This document shows positions 1-13,722 of a stretch of DNA of 64,000 bases, in pieces. Source of the stretch: an uncultured Gammaproteobacteria bacterium. Its GTDB lineage: Bacteria; Pseudomonadota; Gammaproteobacteria; UBA9214. Numbering within the stretch: the first letter of the stretch is position 1; each line of letters opens with the position of its first letter. Under the pieces are notes generated by a model. That model had not been told where the DNA came from, did no database searches, and saw only the letters and a list, made by a program, of their open reading frames with translations. The position numbers were made by a program, and so were the translations under genes. The stretch spans positions 160,001 to 224,000 of the forward strand of contig CAVVHS010000008.1 in the NCBI GenBank assembly GCA_963748215.1. The letters run 5' to 3'.

Positions 1-260
1 TCGCACTCGACAGGTACGCCGAGGCCGCCGGCATCCTCTGCGGCCAGTCATTCAGCAGCCGCGCGGCCGCCTGGCGGGCGTTGGTCAACCTGCTCGCGGA
101 ATGGACAGCACGCCTGGAACTGCCGCGCCTGGGCGATTATGGACTCGCTGAGAACGGCCTCGACCACGTCGTCGCGCATTCGCGCGGCAGCAGCATGAAG
201 ACGAATCCGGTTTTGCTGACCGACGACGAAATCAGGACCTGCCTCCAGGAGCGGCTGTAA
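1..260 (+). CDS. Iron-containing alcohol dehydrogenase family protein, C-terminal part (runs off window)
   Basis: Frame ending TAA 258-260 reads ...LPRLGDYGL...VAHSRGSSMKTNPVLLTDDEIRTCL, a typical Fe-ADH C-terminus. Confidence 0.75.
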   Translation, partial: ALDRYAEAAGILCGQSFSSRAAAWRALVNLLAEWTARLELPRLGDYGLAENGLDHVVAHSRGSSMKTNPVLLTDDEIRTCLQERL

Positions 261-513
261 ACGGGTTTATTCCGACCCGCCATGGGCATACGAAGCCATT
301 ACCCGATTTTCGTGGCATTTAGACGCCACAGCACGACATTTCCTGGAAATTGCCAACGCATGCAGCACAAGCGATTGCCCGACGCGAGCAAAATTCATAC
401 CGGTATTCCATTTTTGCCCGATTTTTCTGTATAAATATAAATAGATCCCCTGAAATGCCACACACGACGGGCAACCCGGGCAGGATCTGATCCACCCCCA
501 CACGGAGCAGCTG

Positions 514-2715
514 GTGAAGGTTGTCTATGTCATTGCCTGGCTAACCATATTTGCCTTCCTTGGCTGGAGCGGCAATCTGCTGATGAGAATTCAGACCTAC
601 TGGGCCGAAACGAATAATCTGCATTCCCAGCAGAAGGATCTCGGCACACTGACCACCGCACTGCAGAATCTGAACCGCCCCGGCAACGACGTGCTGGAAC
701 ACTATCATGTGACATTCAACCAGGCGCAATTCGAGAACTATTCTCGCCAGTTCCAGACAGCGCTCGACGCGGTCATGAAATGGGCGCCGGGCGAGAAGAC
801 ACTGGATCCACTGATCACAAGCCTGCATGAGGAGCAGACCAGCATGTCGGCGCGTTCCCTGGAAATCTTCGCGCTCGCCGGGGAGCGCGAGGCATTGCGT
901 ATGGCTGGAGCGAGCCAGGATTCAATCAGGGAAAAGGAAACCCTGGCGGCGACCAACATGGCACGAATGGATCAGGCCTTCCAGAACGGGTTGCAAATCC
1001 TGCTCCTGGCCAAGGAATACGTGGTCGAGCAGGAACTGGAGATGGAATTACTGCAGCGCGACAACTTCAAAGAACTCTACATCATGCTGTTTGTCGCCCT
1101 GGTAGCATCAGGGCTTAGCGTGGAGCTGATACGACGTACCATCCGCCAGCGGGAAGCGCTCAGAGACAGCTCGACACGCATCAATGCGATTATGAATAAC
1201 GTGGTCGACGGTATCATCACCGTTGATGAAAAGGGTAGAGTCGAGTCATCCAATCCTGCAGCCGATTCCATGTTCGGATACAGGAAGAATGCACTTGTCG
1301 GATTGCCCTTCATAAACCTGCTTGAGCCGGCGTGTCAAAAGAGATACTTGGAACAGGTGAATGGCTACAAGGGCACGGCAGTGACGCCATTCACCCTTGT
1401 TGACTGCGAACAACCTGGAAAACGCAAGGACGACTCCTGCTTTCCGATGGATCTCGCGGTAAGTCAGGTGACAGTGCAGGGGCGGCGCCTGCTGATTCAT
1501 ATCGTGCGGGATATCACTGTACGCAGACGCGCAGAAGACAGTATGCGCCAGGCAGCAAGCGTGTTCGAGAATATCAATGAGGGCATTATTGTTACGGATG
1601 CGAACGGTACCATCCAGTCAGTCAATCCTGCATTTACCCAAATCACCCAGTACAGCAAGGAGGAGGCTGTAGGGAAGAATCCGCGCCTGCTGCAATCAGG
1701 CATTCAGGATAAGGCGTTCTACAAGGATATGTGGGCATCGATTCTTGAATCCGGCACCTGGCAAGGCGAGGTATGGAACCGGCGCAAGAACGGTGAAACC
1801 TATCCAGAGTGGCTTACCATCAACACCATCAAGGACGAACGGGGCCGCACAATAAACTATCTTGGTGTAACCTGGGACATTACGGAGCTGAAGGCATCCG
1901 AACGCATGATGGAAGAGTTTATTGCCACTGTCAGTCATGAATTGCGCACACCCTTGACCTCGGTACTCGGCTCCCTGGGACTGCTGATCCAGGGTGACGG
2001 CGGCCCGATACCGGACAAGGCGAACAAGCTTGTCCACATGGCATACAGCAACAGCGGTCGCCTGGTAAGGCTGGTCAGCGATATTCTCGACTTCGAGAAG
2101 ATGTCAGCCGGCAAGATGAAGTTCCAGCTCAAGGTGCAGAAATTACTGCCCCTGATACAGCAAACCATCAATAGTAACAGCGCAATCTCCGTACAGTCAG
2201 GGGTCACTATCGAGCTGGTGAAATCGACACATAATGTACTGGTGACATGTGACGCAGAACGGCTGATGCAGGCGGTAACGAATCTCCTGTCAAACGCCAT
2301 CAAATTCTCCACACCGGGTGATCGGGTCGAAGTCGCGGTCACCCGTCAGCAACAGAATATAAGGATCGCGGTTACCGATCACGGGCCGGGCATACCGGAG
2401 CATGCTCACGCGGAAATCTTCAAGAAGTTCACCCAGCTGGATGCGCCCAACCAGCAGCACAAGAGCGGAATCGGCCTGGGTCTGAGTATTGCGAAGCTCA
2501 TCACTCAGAAGCACGATGGGAACATTTATGTTGAATCCCGGCCCGGCGTACACACGACCTTCAGCATCGAGCTGCCTGAATTCCGGAATACTTCCGACAG
2601 CAGCAGGTCCACCTTGAAAGCCGGGCTGTTCCCAGTCATGCAGACAGTTGATACAGAGATGTATGATGCAGGCGGGGAAACAGGAAATCCCCCAATAAGC
2701 ATACCGAGGCATTAA
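514..2715 (+). CDS. Membrane sensor histidine kinase with two PAS domains
   Basis: 2 TM segments, PAS repeats, H-box VSHELRTPL, NLLSNAIKF, DHGPGI, GIGLGL. Confidence 0.93.
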   Translation: MKVVYVIAWLTIFAFLGWSGNLLMRIQTYWAETNNLHSQQKDLGTLTTALQNLNRPGNDVLEHYHVTFNQAQFENYSRQFQTALDAVMKWAPGEKTLDPLITSLHEEQTSMSARSLEIFALAGEREALRMAGASQDSIREKETLAATNMARMDQAFQNGLQILLLAKEYVVEQELEMELLQRDNFKELYIMLFVALVASGLSVELIRRTIRQREALRDSSTRINAIMNNVVDGIITVDEKGRVESSNPAADSMFGYRKNALVGLPFINLLEPACQKRYLEQVNGYKGTAVTPFTLVDCEQPGKRKDDSCFPMDLAVSQVTVQGRRLLIHIVRDITVRRRAEDSMRQAASVFENINEGIIVTDANGTIQSVNPAFTQITQYSKEEAVGKNPRLLQSGIQDKAFYKDMWASILESGTWQGEVWNRRKNGETYPEWLTINTIKDERGRTINYLGVTWDITELKASERMMEEFIATVSHELRTPLTSVLGSLGLLIQGDGGPIPDKANKLVHMAYSNSGRLVRLVSDILDFEKMSAGKMKFQLKVQKLLPLIQQTINSNSAISVQSGVTIELVKSTHNVLVTCDAERLMQAVTNLLSNAIKFSTPGDRVEVAVTRQQQNIRIAVTDHGPGIPEHAHAEIFKKFTQLDAPNQQHKSGIGLGLSIAKLITQKHDGNIYVESRPGVHTTFSIELPEFRNTSDSSRSTLKAGLFPVMQTVDTEMYDAGGETGNPPISIPRH

Positions 2716-2790
2716 TCCGGGGATCCCGGCGACGACACCTTAACAACCCCGCGGGGACAGAGCGATTCGACCCTGCCGTGCAGGTCCTAT

Positions 2791-3486
2791 ATGCCAAATA
2801 CCGTTACGGAAAAAACGATGAAAGTCCTGGTCATAGAAGATGATGCAGATATCAGCAATATGCTGACCTATTACTTCGATGCAAAGGGCCATGAGGTCAT
2901 GAATGCACACGACGGACTGGATGCACTCAGACAGTTCAAGGACCAGAATCCAGACCTGATCCTGCTGGATATCATGCTGCCCAAACTGGATGGCTGGGCA
3001 GTACTTGAGGCCGTGCGTGCACAAAGCAAGGTGCCGGTAATCCTGCTAACCGCGCTGGGTGATACAGAGGATGTCGTGAAGGGCCTGTCACTCGGGGCCG
3101 ATGACTATTTACGTAAACCGTTCGAGATTCGGGAACTCGAGGCACGCATCATCAGCATAGCTCGACGCCTGGAACAGCCCCCACCAGACCTGATCAAATG
3201 CGGCAATATAACCATCAATGACCGCTCCAAGACCGTGACAATCGATAACAAGGAAGTATCGCTGTCGCCCAAGGAATATGATTTACTGAAACTACTGGCA
3301 AGCGACCCGGGCCGGGTATTTACCAACGCCGAAATCGTCGACCACATCTGGGAAGGCCACGACCGCGCAACCAGCATAGACGTCAAGCAGTGTATATACC
3401 ACCTGCGCAACCGGATTGAACACGAACCACAATCACCACAACTGATTCAGAACGTAAAGGGTTTTGGCTACAAGCTCGTTACCTGA
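2791..3486 (+). CDS. OmpR/PhoB-family response regulator
   Basis: REC (IEDD, LLDIMLP, KPF) plus winged helix (LSPKEYDLL, VKGFGYK); directly downstream of the kinase. Confidence 0.95.
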   Translation: MPNTVTEKTMKVLVIEDDADISNMLTYYFDAKGHEVMNAHDGLDALRQFKDQNPDLILLDIMLPKLDGWAVLEAVRAQSKVPVILLTALGDTEDVVKGLSLGADDYLRKPFEIRELEARIISIARRLEQPPPDLIKCGNITINDRSKTVTIDNKEVSLSPKEYDLLKLLASDPGRVFTNAEIVDHIWEGHDRATSIDVKQCIYHLRNRIEHEPQSPQLIQNVKGFGYKLVT

Positions 3487-3819
3487 CATCCAGCACAGAT
3501 GCCGTGCACCCTCGCCGCCAGTCAAATACCTGTCTTCTACTCGCAGGCTACCTTTTTTCTACTTTTCAACCATGTAACGCTGATCATTAATTTTGTAGTG
3601 TGAAAGTCGAACGCTAGAGTGATTTACGAGCACCACACGCTTTGACACAAACCATGCTGCAATGAGAGATAACAGAAGATCGTATTGCCGCGTGGCGACT
3701 GATGTTTTGACACGACATGGCGACTCATACAATCAAGCAAGCTTATTCGAGCCGACTCCTGCAAAGAGATACACCGTCTGCCCGGGGTCAGTGGCACCTG
3801 GCGAGTATGGTAAGCATCA

Positions 3820-4122
3820 TTGGCACAGGTTGCAGGCGCGAATTCCGCGAGTAGCAAGCCGCTGCGATTTAAAGGAGTGCATCACGTACGTGGGCGCGTA
3901 ACGACGCCGATCCTAACAACAATAGAGTACCCGGCATTGAATAACATACGCGAAAGAAGAATCCAGGCAAAAGATCGACGCCGGTACAAACGGAATAGAT
4001 GGCCTTTTGTCGGCTTAAACTACAGAAATCGGGTTCCAGGCAAGGATAACCGCGGGATTCCGGACAGGCGAATAAACAACATACAGGCAGAATGGATAGA
4101 CGAGATGGTCATTGATACCTGA
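3820..4122 (+). CDS. Small Arg-rich hypothetical protein (start uncertain)
   Basis: ERR..DRR..DRR motifs with acidic C-terminus; terminator downstream. Confidence 0.4.
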   Translation: MAQVAGANSASSKPLRFKGVHHVRGRVTTPILTTIEYPALNNIRERRIQAKDRRRYKRNRWPFVGLNYRNRVPGKDNRGIPDRRINNIQAEWIDEMVIDT

Positions 4123-4222
4123 TCTTGCATAGCGCGTTTTCCGTGGTGTCACTCACTCCCCAATGTTTGACGCCATAACTTGGACCAGGCGAAATCAGCT
4201 GAATAGTCTGAATCTGAGTCCT

Positions 4223-4250
4223 CCCCCCGTCTATGACGGGGGTTTTTTTT
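4223..4250 (+). terminator. Rho-independent terminator
   Basis: CCCCCGTC-TAT-GACGGGGG followed by T8. Confidence 0.85.
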
Positions 4251-4424
4251 GATAAACGGGCGGGAGCAGAATCAATTGAACAGATGCTTGTCCGGAGCAG
4301 CAATGGTGTCTGACATCCGACGCGGCGACAAACGCAGTCTTTCCTTGCTCAGGGCATCGCAAATCGAACATTTCCGGTGCCACCGCTGTCATGCCATCGA
4401 ATCGTAACGGCGGGCAAGTCCCGA

Positions 4425-5102
4425 CTAGTCCACGCGCCGGGCGAACCAGATGATGTAGCGCGCACCTTTTGATCCGTGTGCGCGGACACGCACCTCGTCC
4501 ACCTCGAAGCCCACCTTGCGCAGTCGTTGCTGAAAGGCCGGGTCCGGGCCGGCCGACCAAACGGCCAGCACACCCTGCGGACAAAGCGTCGCATACGCCG
4601 CGTTCAGCCCGTCCTCGCCGTAAAGCCAGTCGTTCTCCTTGCGCGTGAGCCCCTCTGGGCCGTTATCCACGTCCAGCAGGATGGCATCGAAGGCCTGCCG
4701 GCCGTACGCCAGGAGGCGGGCAATATCCCCCGCATGCACGCTTACCCGCGGATCCCGCAGCGGATGTCCGGCACCCTCCCCCAGCGGCCCGCCGTTCCAT
4801 TCCACCACGGCCGGCACCAGTTCAGCCACCACCACCTCGGCCTGGTCACCGACGTGGCGCAGCGCCGCGGCCAGGGTAAAGCCCATACCCAGCCCGCCGA
4901 TGAGCAGGCGCGGTTTCAGGTTGTCCCCGAGCCGGGCGCAGGCCAGTTCGGCCAGCGCATCTTCAGAGCCGTGGGCACGGCTGTTCATCAGCTCGCCACG
5001 ACCCGCGATCCTGATCGAGAATTCGTCGCCACGCTGGTACAGGTGCAGCTCTCCGCCATCGCCGGGCACCTGTGCGCTGTCGAGCAGGTTCCAGGGCGTC
5101 AT
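4425..5102 (-). CDS. Spermidine synthase-like SAM-dependent methyltransferase fold protein
   Basis: ELMNSRAHGSE, LIGGLGMGFT, ILLDVDNGP motifs. Confidence 0.85.
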   Translation of the reverse strand: MTPWNLLDSAQVPGDGGELHLYQRGDEFSIRIAGRGELMNSRAHGSEDALAELACARLGDNLKPRLLIGGLGMGFTLAAALRHVGDQAEVVVAELVPAVVEWNGGPLGEGAGHPLRDPRVSVHAGDIARLLAYGRQAFDAILLDVDNGPEGLTRKENDWLYGEDGLNAAYATLCPQGVLAVWSAGPDPAFQQRLRKVGFEVDEVRVRAHGSKGARYIIWFARRVD

Positions 5103-5255
5103 GCGCAAACCGTTCCCGGGCGAGCGGCTCGCGGCCGGCAAGGTGAAAGGTATGCCTTAGGTTGCAAGGTGCGCTCCGCTGTCATGTCCGCGAGCGGATC
5201 GCCGGATCGGGGTTCGTTCATTCCACCTCGCGCCTTGCCGATGCACCCCATCCGA

Positions 5256-5540
5256 TCACGAACGCGGCGGCACCGGACCCTTGCCGGCAGCATCGTCCAC
5301 GTGCTTCTCGGCCTTTTTCACGCGAATCCTGTTGCCGCCGATGTCCTGTGCATTCAGCGCCTTGATGGCCACCCTGGCCTCGCCCGCACGGGGCATTTCG
5401 ACGAAGCCAAAGCCCTTGGATTTCCCCGTCGCCTTGTCCATCACCAGCGTGCAGGACTGTACGGCCCCGTACGTCTCGAACAGGGCCAGCAACTCGGCTT
5501 CCGTTGTCTCACGGGACAGGTTGCGCACCAGAATTTTCAT
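5256..5540 (-). CDS. RRM-domain RNA-binding protein
   Basis: MKILVRNL (RNP2) and SKGFGFVEM (RNP1). Confidence 0.92.
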   Translation of the reverse strand: MKILVRNLSRETTEAELLALFETYGAVQSCTLVMDKATGKSKGFGFVEMPRAGEARVAIKALNAQDIGGNRIRVKKAEKHVDDAAGKGPVPPRS

Positions 5541-5766
5541 AATTGCACCGGATAGATGTTCACGCGGGTAAATGACCCGTCTTCGCATGGGACCGTCGCC
5601 ACCCGGAAAACAGGGTTGGCCTGCGGCGGCCTGGCCCACCAGGCGGAAAGTGTATCCCTGTTTGACCGGCCCCGCTGCAGTTTCGTCTGGCGCGGGATCG
5701 GCAGCGGCGGCTGTTTTCCCGTTGCCAGCACATGGCACGTCAATTCCGCAGATGCAGCAACAGCAG

Positions 5767-7602
<1,836 letters not shown>

Positions 7603-8638
7603 CGCGCCCATTGTACCCGATGGGCCGCGGCTGGATGGGGTGGCCGGTCGGTTGACGGATCAGCGATGACTGTCTCCACTCCTCCGCCCATGGCGGGAAT
7701 TGATGTAAGCAGTTGAATTCAGGGTGACTACCGGCGGGCCTGAAGCACCGGACCGGCACCATGGGCGGCACTGGCGGGCTTCATCTATCTGTTTTTATTG
7801 GCTAATTGAGGAACGTCGCTGCCTGAATCGCAGGACATCGCACAACGGCTCCGCGCCGAAACCCATAACGCCCCGTGTCATAACGTATTACCCCCCTTTT
7901 GCACGGGTGGCGTGATCGCCTCGAACCGCAAACCTCGATACCTCGATTCGACGTTGTGTTCTGCTGCCGATTGCGGCGTTTCCATCACATTCACAGCCAG
8001 TTCCCCGGCAAAGTTGCATCCGCAAAGCCCATTTGTAAGCATGGCGCTGTCTACGGGACCGGGTGCAGTCCATACTCTCGACTCCTGCGTCCGTGGTGAC
8101 GGTGTAACCGGATGCCCTGCTCAAGGACCACGCCGGTTGCCGGAGCAGAATGTTTCGCGCTTGTACCGGGGCCGGGACGAGGCGGCGCCGGAGGTGGAAA
8201 CGGAGGGCTTCATCACCCCCAGCGTGCTGCTGAGGAATGGCAAGCATCGTCCGGCGGCACTCAACAGTGAAGCTGACTCAGTGACCGGCGGGCAACATGG
8301 ACATTATTCTGACTACGTGTTTGCTTGCCGGAAATGCAGGATTGCACGCATAGCCGGGACGGCAAGGAAGCCGGCCAGGTGAAAGGCGCGGTGTTACGAA
8401 GCAGGCAGCAGCGATCCGGCAAGAGGACGGGATATTTTACCCGCGCCACGGCGTCCGCCATGTCATCCCGGGGCGTGCACTGATGCCTGGCCTGTGAAGG
8501 TGTCGAAAGACGGACGCATGCCGGTCATGGCATCTTGTAGGCGAATAGTGTTCGGTGTTGATGAGCGTTCATGGAAATTCCCGGTGCACAGAGATACAGC
8601 TTGCAGGACATGCTCGAAAGATCAGGCCTAAAGGTTTC

Positions 8639-11150
8639 ATGATGAACTGGATCGACTGGACCCGGAGCCGCCTGCGTGGACGACCGGATAGCGAGCATGA
8701 GCAGGCGCTCATCCGCGTTGTCATCATGAGCCTGATCTTTCTCTATTTTTCAACCACGGAACTGGATCAGGTCACCCTGCTTGCCGGCAGCTATCTGGCC
8801 GTGTCAGCCGTTCTGTTCACCTGGATCCTGATTTCGCCGGCAATGAATGTGACCCGGCGGGTGCTGGGAATGGTCGGCGATATGGCAGGGGCCTCCTTCG
8901 GCCTGGCCCTGGCGGGCGATGCGGGTTCCCCGCTGGTCGCCCTTTACCTCTGGGTCATCGTCGGCAACGGGTTTCGCTATGGCGTGAACTATCTTGCGTT
9001 ATCCACGCTATTTGCCGTGGCTGGCTTTACTGCTGTCCTGGTGCTGGATCCATTCTGGTCAAGGCACTTCTGGTTCGGCTCCGGTTTGCTGATCACCCTG
9101 ACGCTGGTGCCGCTGTACATGGCCGGTTTGATTCGGAAACTGCATCGGGCGATCAAGGTGGCGGAGGAAGCCAGCCATACCAAATCACGGTTTCTGGCCA
9201 AAATGAGTCATGAACTTCGCACACCTCTCAACGGCATTATCGGCATGAGCGATTTGCTCACAACCACATCGCTCGACAAGGAACAGCAGGAATATGTCGG
9301 AGCCATTCAGACATCGGGGCATATCCTGCTGACATTGATCGAGGATATTCTCGATATTTCGAAAATTGAAGCCGGCAAGCTTGTCACCGAAACAGAGCCG
9401 TTTGACTTGCACGCGTTAGTGAACAACACCGTCAAGACATTTGCTTTCCAGGCCCGGGAAAAGGGTCTTTATCTGAATTGCCACATCGATCCTGCGACAC
9501 CCTTCCGCTTGCAGGGCGACGAATTGCATTTGCGACAGATTTTGATGAATTTGCTGAGTAATGCCATCAAGTTTACCGGGCAGGGCGGTGTCAATATCAT
9601 GGTTCACAGCCTTGAAAAGGCACCGGATGAGCGTGAGTGGATCCGTTTCAAGGTGACTGATACCGGCATCGGCCTTTCGGAAGAGGCCCAGCAGCAGATC
9701 TTCGAGAGTTTTGTCCAGGCCGATGCCTCGGTTACCCGCAAGTATGGCGGCACAGGTCTTGGAACAGCGATTTCCAGGGAATTGGCTACGCTGATGGGGG
9801 GCCGCATCGGCCTGGAAAGCGAGGAAGGCAAGGGAACGACGTTCTGGTTTGAACTGCCCTTTGAACGCCAGCCCGGTGCCAGCAAAGAGGAGCTTGCCCC
9901 TTCCTCTTTTTCCGATATGCGTGTGCTTGTGTTGCTGAGCGATGCTGTCATCCCGGAAGTGGGAAAGGCCCTGGAAAGATGGGGGGTGCAATTCGAAACC
10001 GTCGCGGGAACAGCGCAGCTGTTCTCCCGGCTCGTCGCCGCCAGTGAACGCTCCAGGCCTTTCAGCACCGTGATTGTCGAGAAAGAATTATTGAGCATGG
10101 GTCCCGCACAGCTTGCAGACTCCATCAAAGAGGAGACCATGCTTGCCGATGTGTCGTTGATTCTCGTCGAGTCAAGGCTTGATTCGGAGGACATGAAATC
10201 CCTGATGATGACGGGCTACTCTGCGGTACTGTATATACCGGTCAATGAATCTCTGCTGTTTAATGCGGTGCATGAGGCTTGCGCCGAACATTCGCCTGTG
10301 CCGGGCGTGGCCTCGATGGCCGACTACTTCAGGAAAAGAGATGCAGCCCGGGGCGCGCGCGTACTCGTGGCGGAAGATAACGAGGTGAACCAGACCGTGC
10401 TCAGGGCCATTCTGGAGCATGCCGGGCATCAGGTGCATATCGCAGGTGATGGCGAAGAGGCGCTGGATGTACTGACCGAAAGAGACACGGATTTTGATAT
10501 TGTGATTCTGGATATGAATATGCCGAAAATTTCCGGCCTGGATGTGCTCAAGGCCTATCACTTTATGGACACCGAAATGAATATGCCAGTGATCATGCTC
10601 TCGGCGAATGCCCTTCCGGAAACCATCGGGGAATGCCGGCAGGCCGGGGCCAATGATTATCTGACGAAGCCGGTTGATGCCAGGAGCCTGATTGAGGCCA
10701 TCGACAGGCTCACCCGGCCGGTGAGGGCGCATGACAGCGGCGTGGCTGATATCCAGCCGTTTCCGGCCGCAAAGGAAATCGCCAGGCCAGCATGGCGTTG
10801 TATTGATCCGGAATCGCTCGACAATCTGAAGAAGCTCTCGCCCAGGCCTGATTTTGTCCAGAGAGTGCTAAAGCAGTTCATGCATGACGGGGAAAAACAT
10901 CTTGCCGCACTGCAGGATGCCTCATCGTCCAATGATCAGGAAGCCTTCCTGGAAATTGTGCATGCATTCAAGGGAAGCGCGGCGACTCTAGGGGCAAGCT
11001 CGGTCGCCCGACAGTGTGTCGAGGCGGAAAACAAACAGCCGCAGGAACTGGATCGCGCAAGCATGAACGACTATGTTGCGCAGGTTGTCAGCGGTGTTTC
11101 ATGGCAGCTGCAAGGAACTGGAAGCATACCTGGAGCAAACCCGGCAGTAA
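8639..11150 (+). CDS. rpfC: RpfC-like hybrid sensor kinase (TM sensor, HisKA, HATPase, REC, HPt); apparent +1 frameshift near 11084
   Basis: PDSEHEQALIR N-terminus, ~5 TM, SHELRTPLNG, REC, HPt HAFKGS. Removing one G at ~11084 gives ...AQLSAVFHGSCKELEAYLEQTRQ* ending at 11150. Convergent with rpfF. Confidence 0.82.
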
Positions 11151-11538
11151 TTGTATCCGCTGTTTTGCAGGATCTCCTGGCGGGTGACAACAAGGCAGGC
11201 TTACCGCTGGACAGTTGCAAAGCGCCCTCGCTGGCCCGTAATCCAGCTGTCCTGCCGAATTACGGGCTGCCTACCTGGCCACCAAACCGGAATCCCGAAG
11301 CGTCTTCCATGGCCCGGAATCCTGTCAGACGTATGCTGTATGAACTGTGCGACGGGAAATACGCCCGACTTCCTCCGTGTGCTCCTTGTTTTGACATTAC
11401 ATGTACCTCGCAAAAGGGCAGGACAGCCGGACGCGCATAGGCGCGGCCAAGGGGCACGAATCATGCCAGGCCCGGCTCAATCCCGCAGACGCTTGGCCAT
11501 TTCCGCCACCCCGCCCTTTTGCAACTACACCCGTTATA

Positions 11539-12456
11539 TCAAATGGCCGTCCGCCTGCTCGCTGCAATTTCCTTGTGTCCGACAGGCTGCTGGCTGCGTT
11601 GTGATTTTGCGGATTGTCTTGCAACAAGGCGTTCCATCATGCGCAAGCTCTTGTCCTCAAGGCGCAATGCAGCGTCGACCCAGGCAGTGGTGATGCTCTT
11701 CAGTTCTTCGTAGGTCACCGGGTTGCAATACTGCCTGGCCCTGCGGAAAGCCCGAAAACCATTCTGGGCTCTCTCTTCCCGATGGATGTAGTCGAGGACG
11801 GCCTGTTCTCCCTGCCCGTCCTCGGCCAGCACATCGACAATGCCCATCTCATGCAATTCCCCGGCAGAATAGAGGCATCCGCCAAGAATCATCCGTTCCG
11901 CCTGGACTGCGCCGACCTTCCGTGAAAGGAAACTGTAGGCGCCCATACCGGGAAAGAGATTAAACAGAATTTCCGGCATACCCATTTTTGCACTGCGTTC
12001 GGCTACGAGCACATCCGCTGAAATGGCATATTCCATACCGCCACCCAGGGCATCACCCTGAACCAGGGTAATGGTTGTAATGTCCTTGCCAAGATGGGTG
12101 TAATGCTGAAACAGTGTATCGATGCATGAGATGGCATAGTGCATCAGGCCATCCCTGTCGCCGTTACGGATAAGTCCGATGAAGCGATTCAGGTCTCCCC
12201 CGAGATTGAACACACCCGGAACCCTGGATGCCAGCGCAATATAGCGCACATCGTCAGGGTATGATGGGCTGCTCAGCTCGTCATACCATTGCTGCATTTC
12301 GCTGATTAACGTCGGCGTGCAGCAAGGCAGCGGCTTGGCATCCATGTAATACCAGGCAAGCCGGTACTCTTCGTCGTACTGGATTTCCAGCTCCGTGTAT
12401 ACGTTGCGATGCATGTCGGGGTGCAATTGCTGGACTGCTTGTGGCAAGAGTTTCAT
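11539..12456 (-). CDS. rpfF: DSF synthase RpfF (crotonase/enoyl-CoA hydratase family)
   Basis: FNLGGDL, ALGGGMEYA and MGMPEILFNLFPGMGAYSFL (both catalytic Glu present). Confidence 0.9.
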   Translation of the reverse strand: MKLLPQAVQQLHPDMHRNVYTELEIQYDEEYRLAWYYMDAKPLPCCTPTLISEMQQWYDELSSPSYPDDVRYIALASRVPGVFNLGGDLNRFIGLIRNGDRDGLMHYAISCIDTLFQHYTHLGKDITTITLVQGDALGGGMEYAISADVLVAERSAKMGMPEILFNLFPGMGAYSFLSRKVGAVQAERMILGGCLYSAGELHEMGIVDVLAEDGQGEQAVLDYIHREERAQNGFRAFRRARQYCNPVTYEELKSITTAWVDAALRLEDKSLRMMERLVARQSAKSQRSQQPVGHKEIAASRRTAI

Positions 12457-12983
12457 CGTTTGTTGCTCCTTAGGTTGGCGGTGCGCTCAGTGTGATATGT
12501 ACCACGAGATGTGTGGACCTTCGATACGGATTTTGTTTGGTACCGGCACCCGGCAGGCAAATTGGCCTGCGTGGTTCCGGAATATGCTCCTCGGACAGGA
12601 AACGTGCCGATTATAAGCCAGCGGTGTCTGGCAGACCGGCGGGGTGAGGAAAGCCCCTGCGCACCGGCACAACAGCGCAGGCTGGCGGGCAAAGCAACGA
12701 CTGGCACGGAAAGACCGACAGGCTTTTGGCGGAGTTGTCCGGCAGGGGGCTGGACGATCCGGCTGCATGCTTCCAGGGCGTCGTTCGGTGCGCGTCGGGA
12801 TCTGCCGGGCACTTGCCGGGAGCTAGCACGCAACGCGACACGGCGGCGGAACCGGATAACCTGACCGAGGCCGCCAGCCGGGCGAAGAGAATCTCTCGTA
12901 ATAATCCCGTAGCGGCCATGCGCGCGGGGCGAACCCACCCAGGTGCCGCCTAATGGTCTGTTATAGACGGACGACACGGATCC

Positions 12984-13013
12984 ACGGGTGGACCTGAACC
13001 ACCGACACCGGCA
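12984..13013 (-). repeat. Highly degenerate copy of tRNA-Met 3' half (putative oldest attR)
   Basis: ACGGGTGGACCTGAACCACCGACACCGGCA vs tRNA ACGGGTGGACTTGAACCACCGACCCCAGCA; downstream flank resembles the flanks of the other att copies. Confidence 0.65.
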
Positions 13014-13722
13014 GTCTGTGCGGCAGTGCATGGCTGTTTTTTGTTGTTTACACGGCATTAAACGGGGCTTCGGTGGCCCCGGCGTCACAGCAGTGCATCA
13101 TCGTGTCCCGGGGAAGTCCCTTACGATGGGTTGAGGATGCTCGATCAGGCCGGCCTCATAAGCCACTGGACCCGACTTAAAGACATTCGCCACGGGGACG
13201 CACCTGAATGTGCCCGGCCCGGTCACGGCAGCGATCCGCGAAAATGTCATTCGGAAGTACGTCACGCGGTCCTGAATCACCTGTAACCGTCCATGTCGAA
13301 AAGGACGCGCCAGGAAAACGGCTTGCCCGGTGACACTTAGTCTTCCTGTGCCGCGACGAGGCACTGGCCATGCACAGAACCCTGCCGGAACGTTTCCGAG
13401 CCACCCCCGGGGTGAGGTGCGAAATTACGGGCTGCTGGAATAGCCTCGCTGGAATTTCATCAGTTACTGACGGGGATTCGCCGGCACATGGTAAAGGTCA
13501 GGAGTTCTCGAGGCATTTCGAACTGCGCCGCCCCCACTTACAATGAATCGTTTATTCAAATCGCACTGACCACGGCATCCGGCCTCTTTTGGCCCGCAGC
13601 GGATTTCATGCCTGGCTGCGTTTCGAACACATCGTCGATGCCGTCCGAAAAACAACGCCTGTCTGTTAAACTTGCATCGCCGGCCATACTGCAGCTGGCA
13701 ATGCCATGGAGACGAAAAAAAG

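Noticed and set aside
11151-11440. Extended C-terminal tail of the 961-aa kinase ORF as a novel domain
   Set aside because: Explained by a +1 frameshift near 11084; the alternative frame completes the HPt helix and stops at 11150
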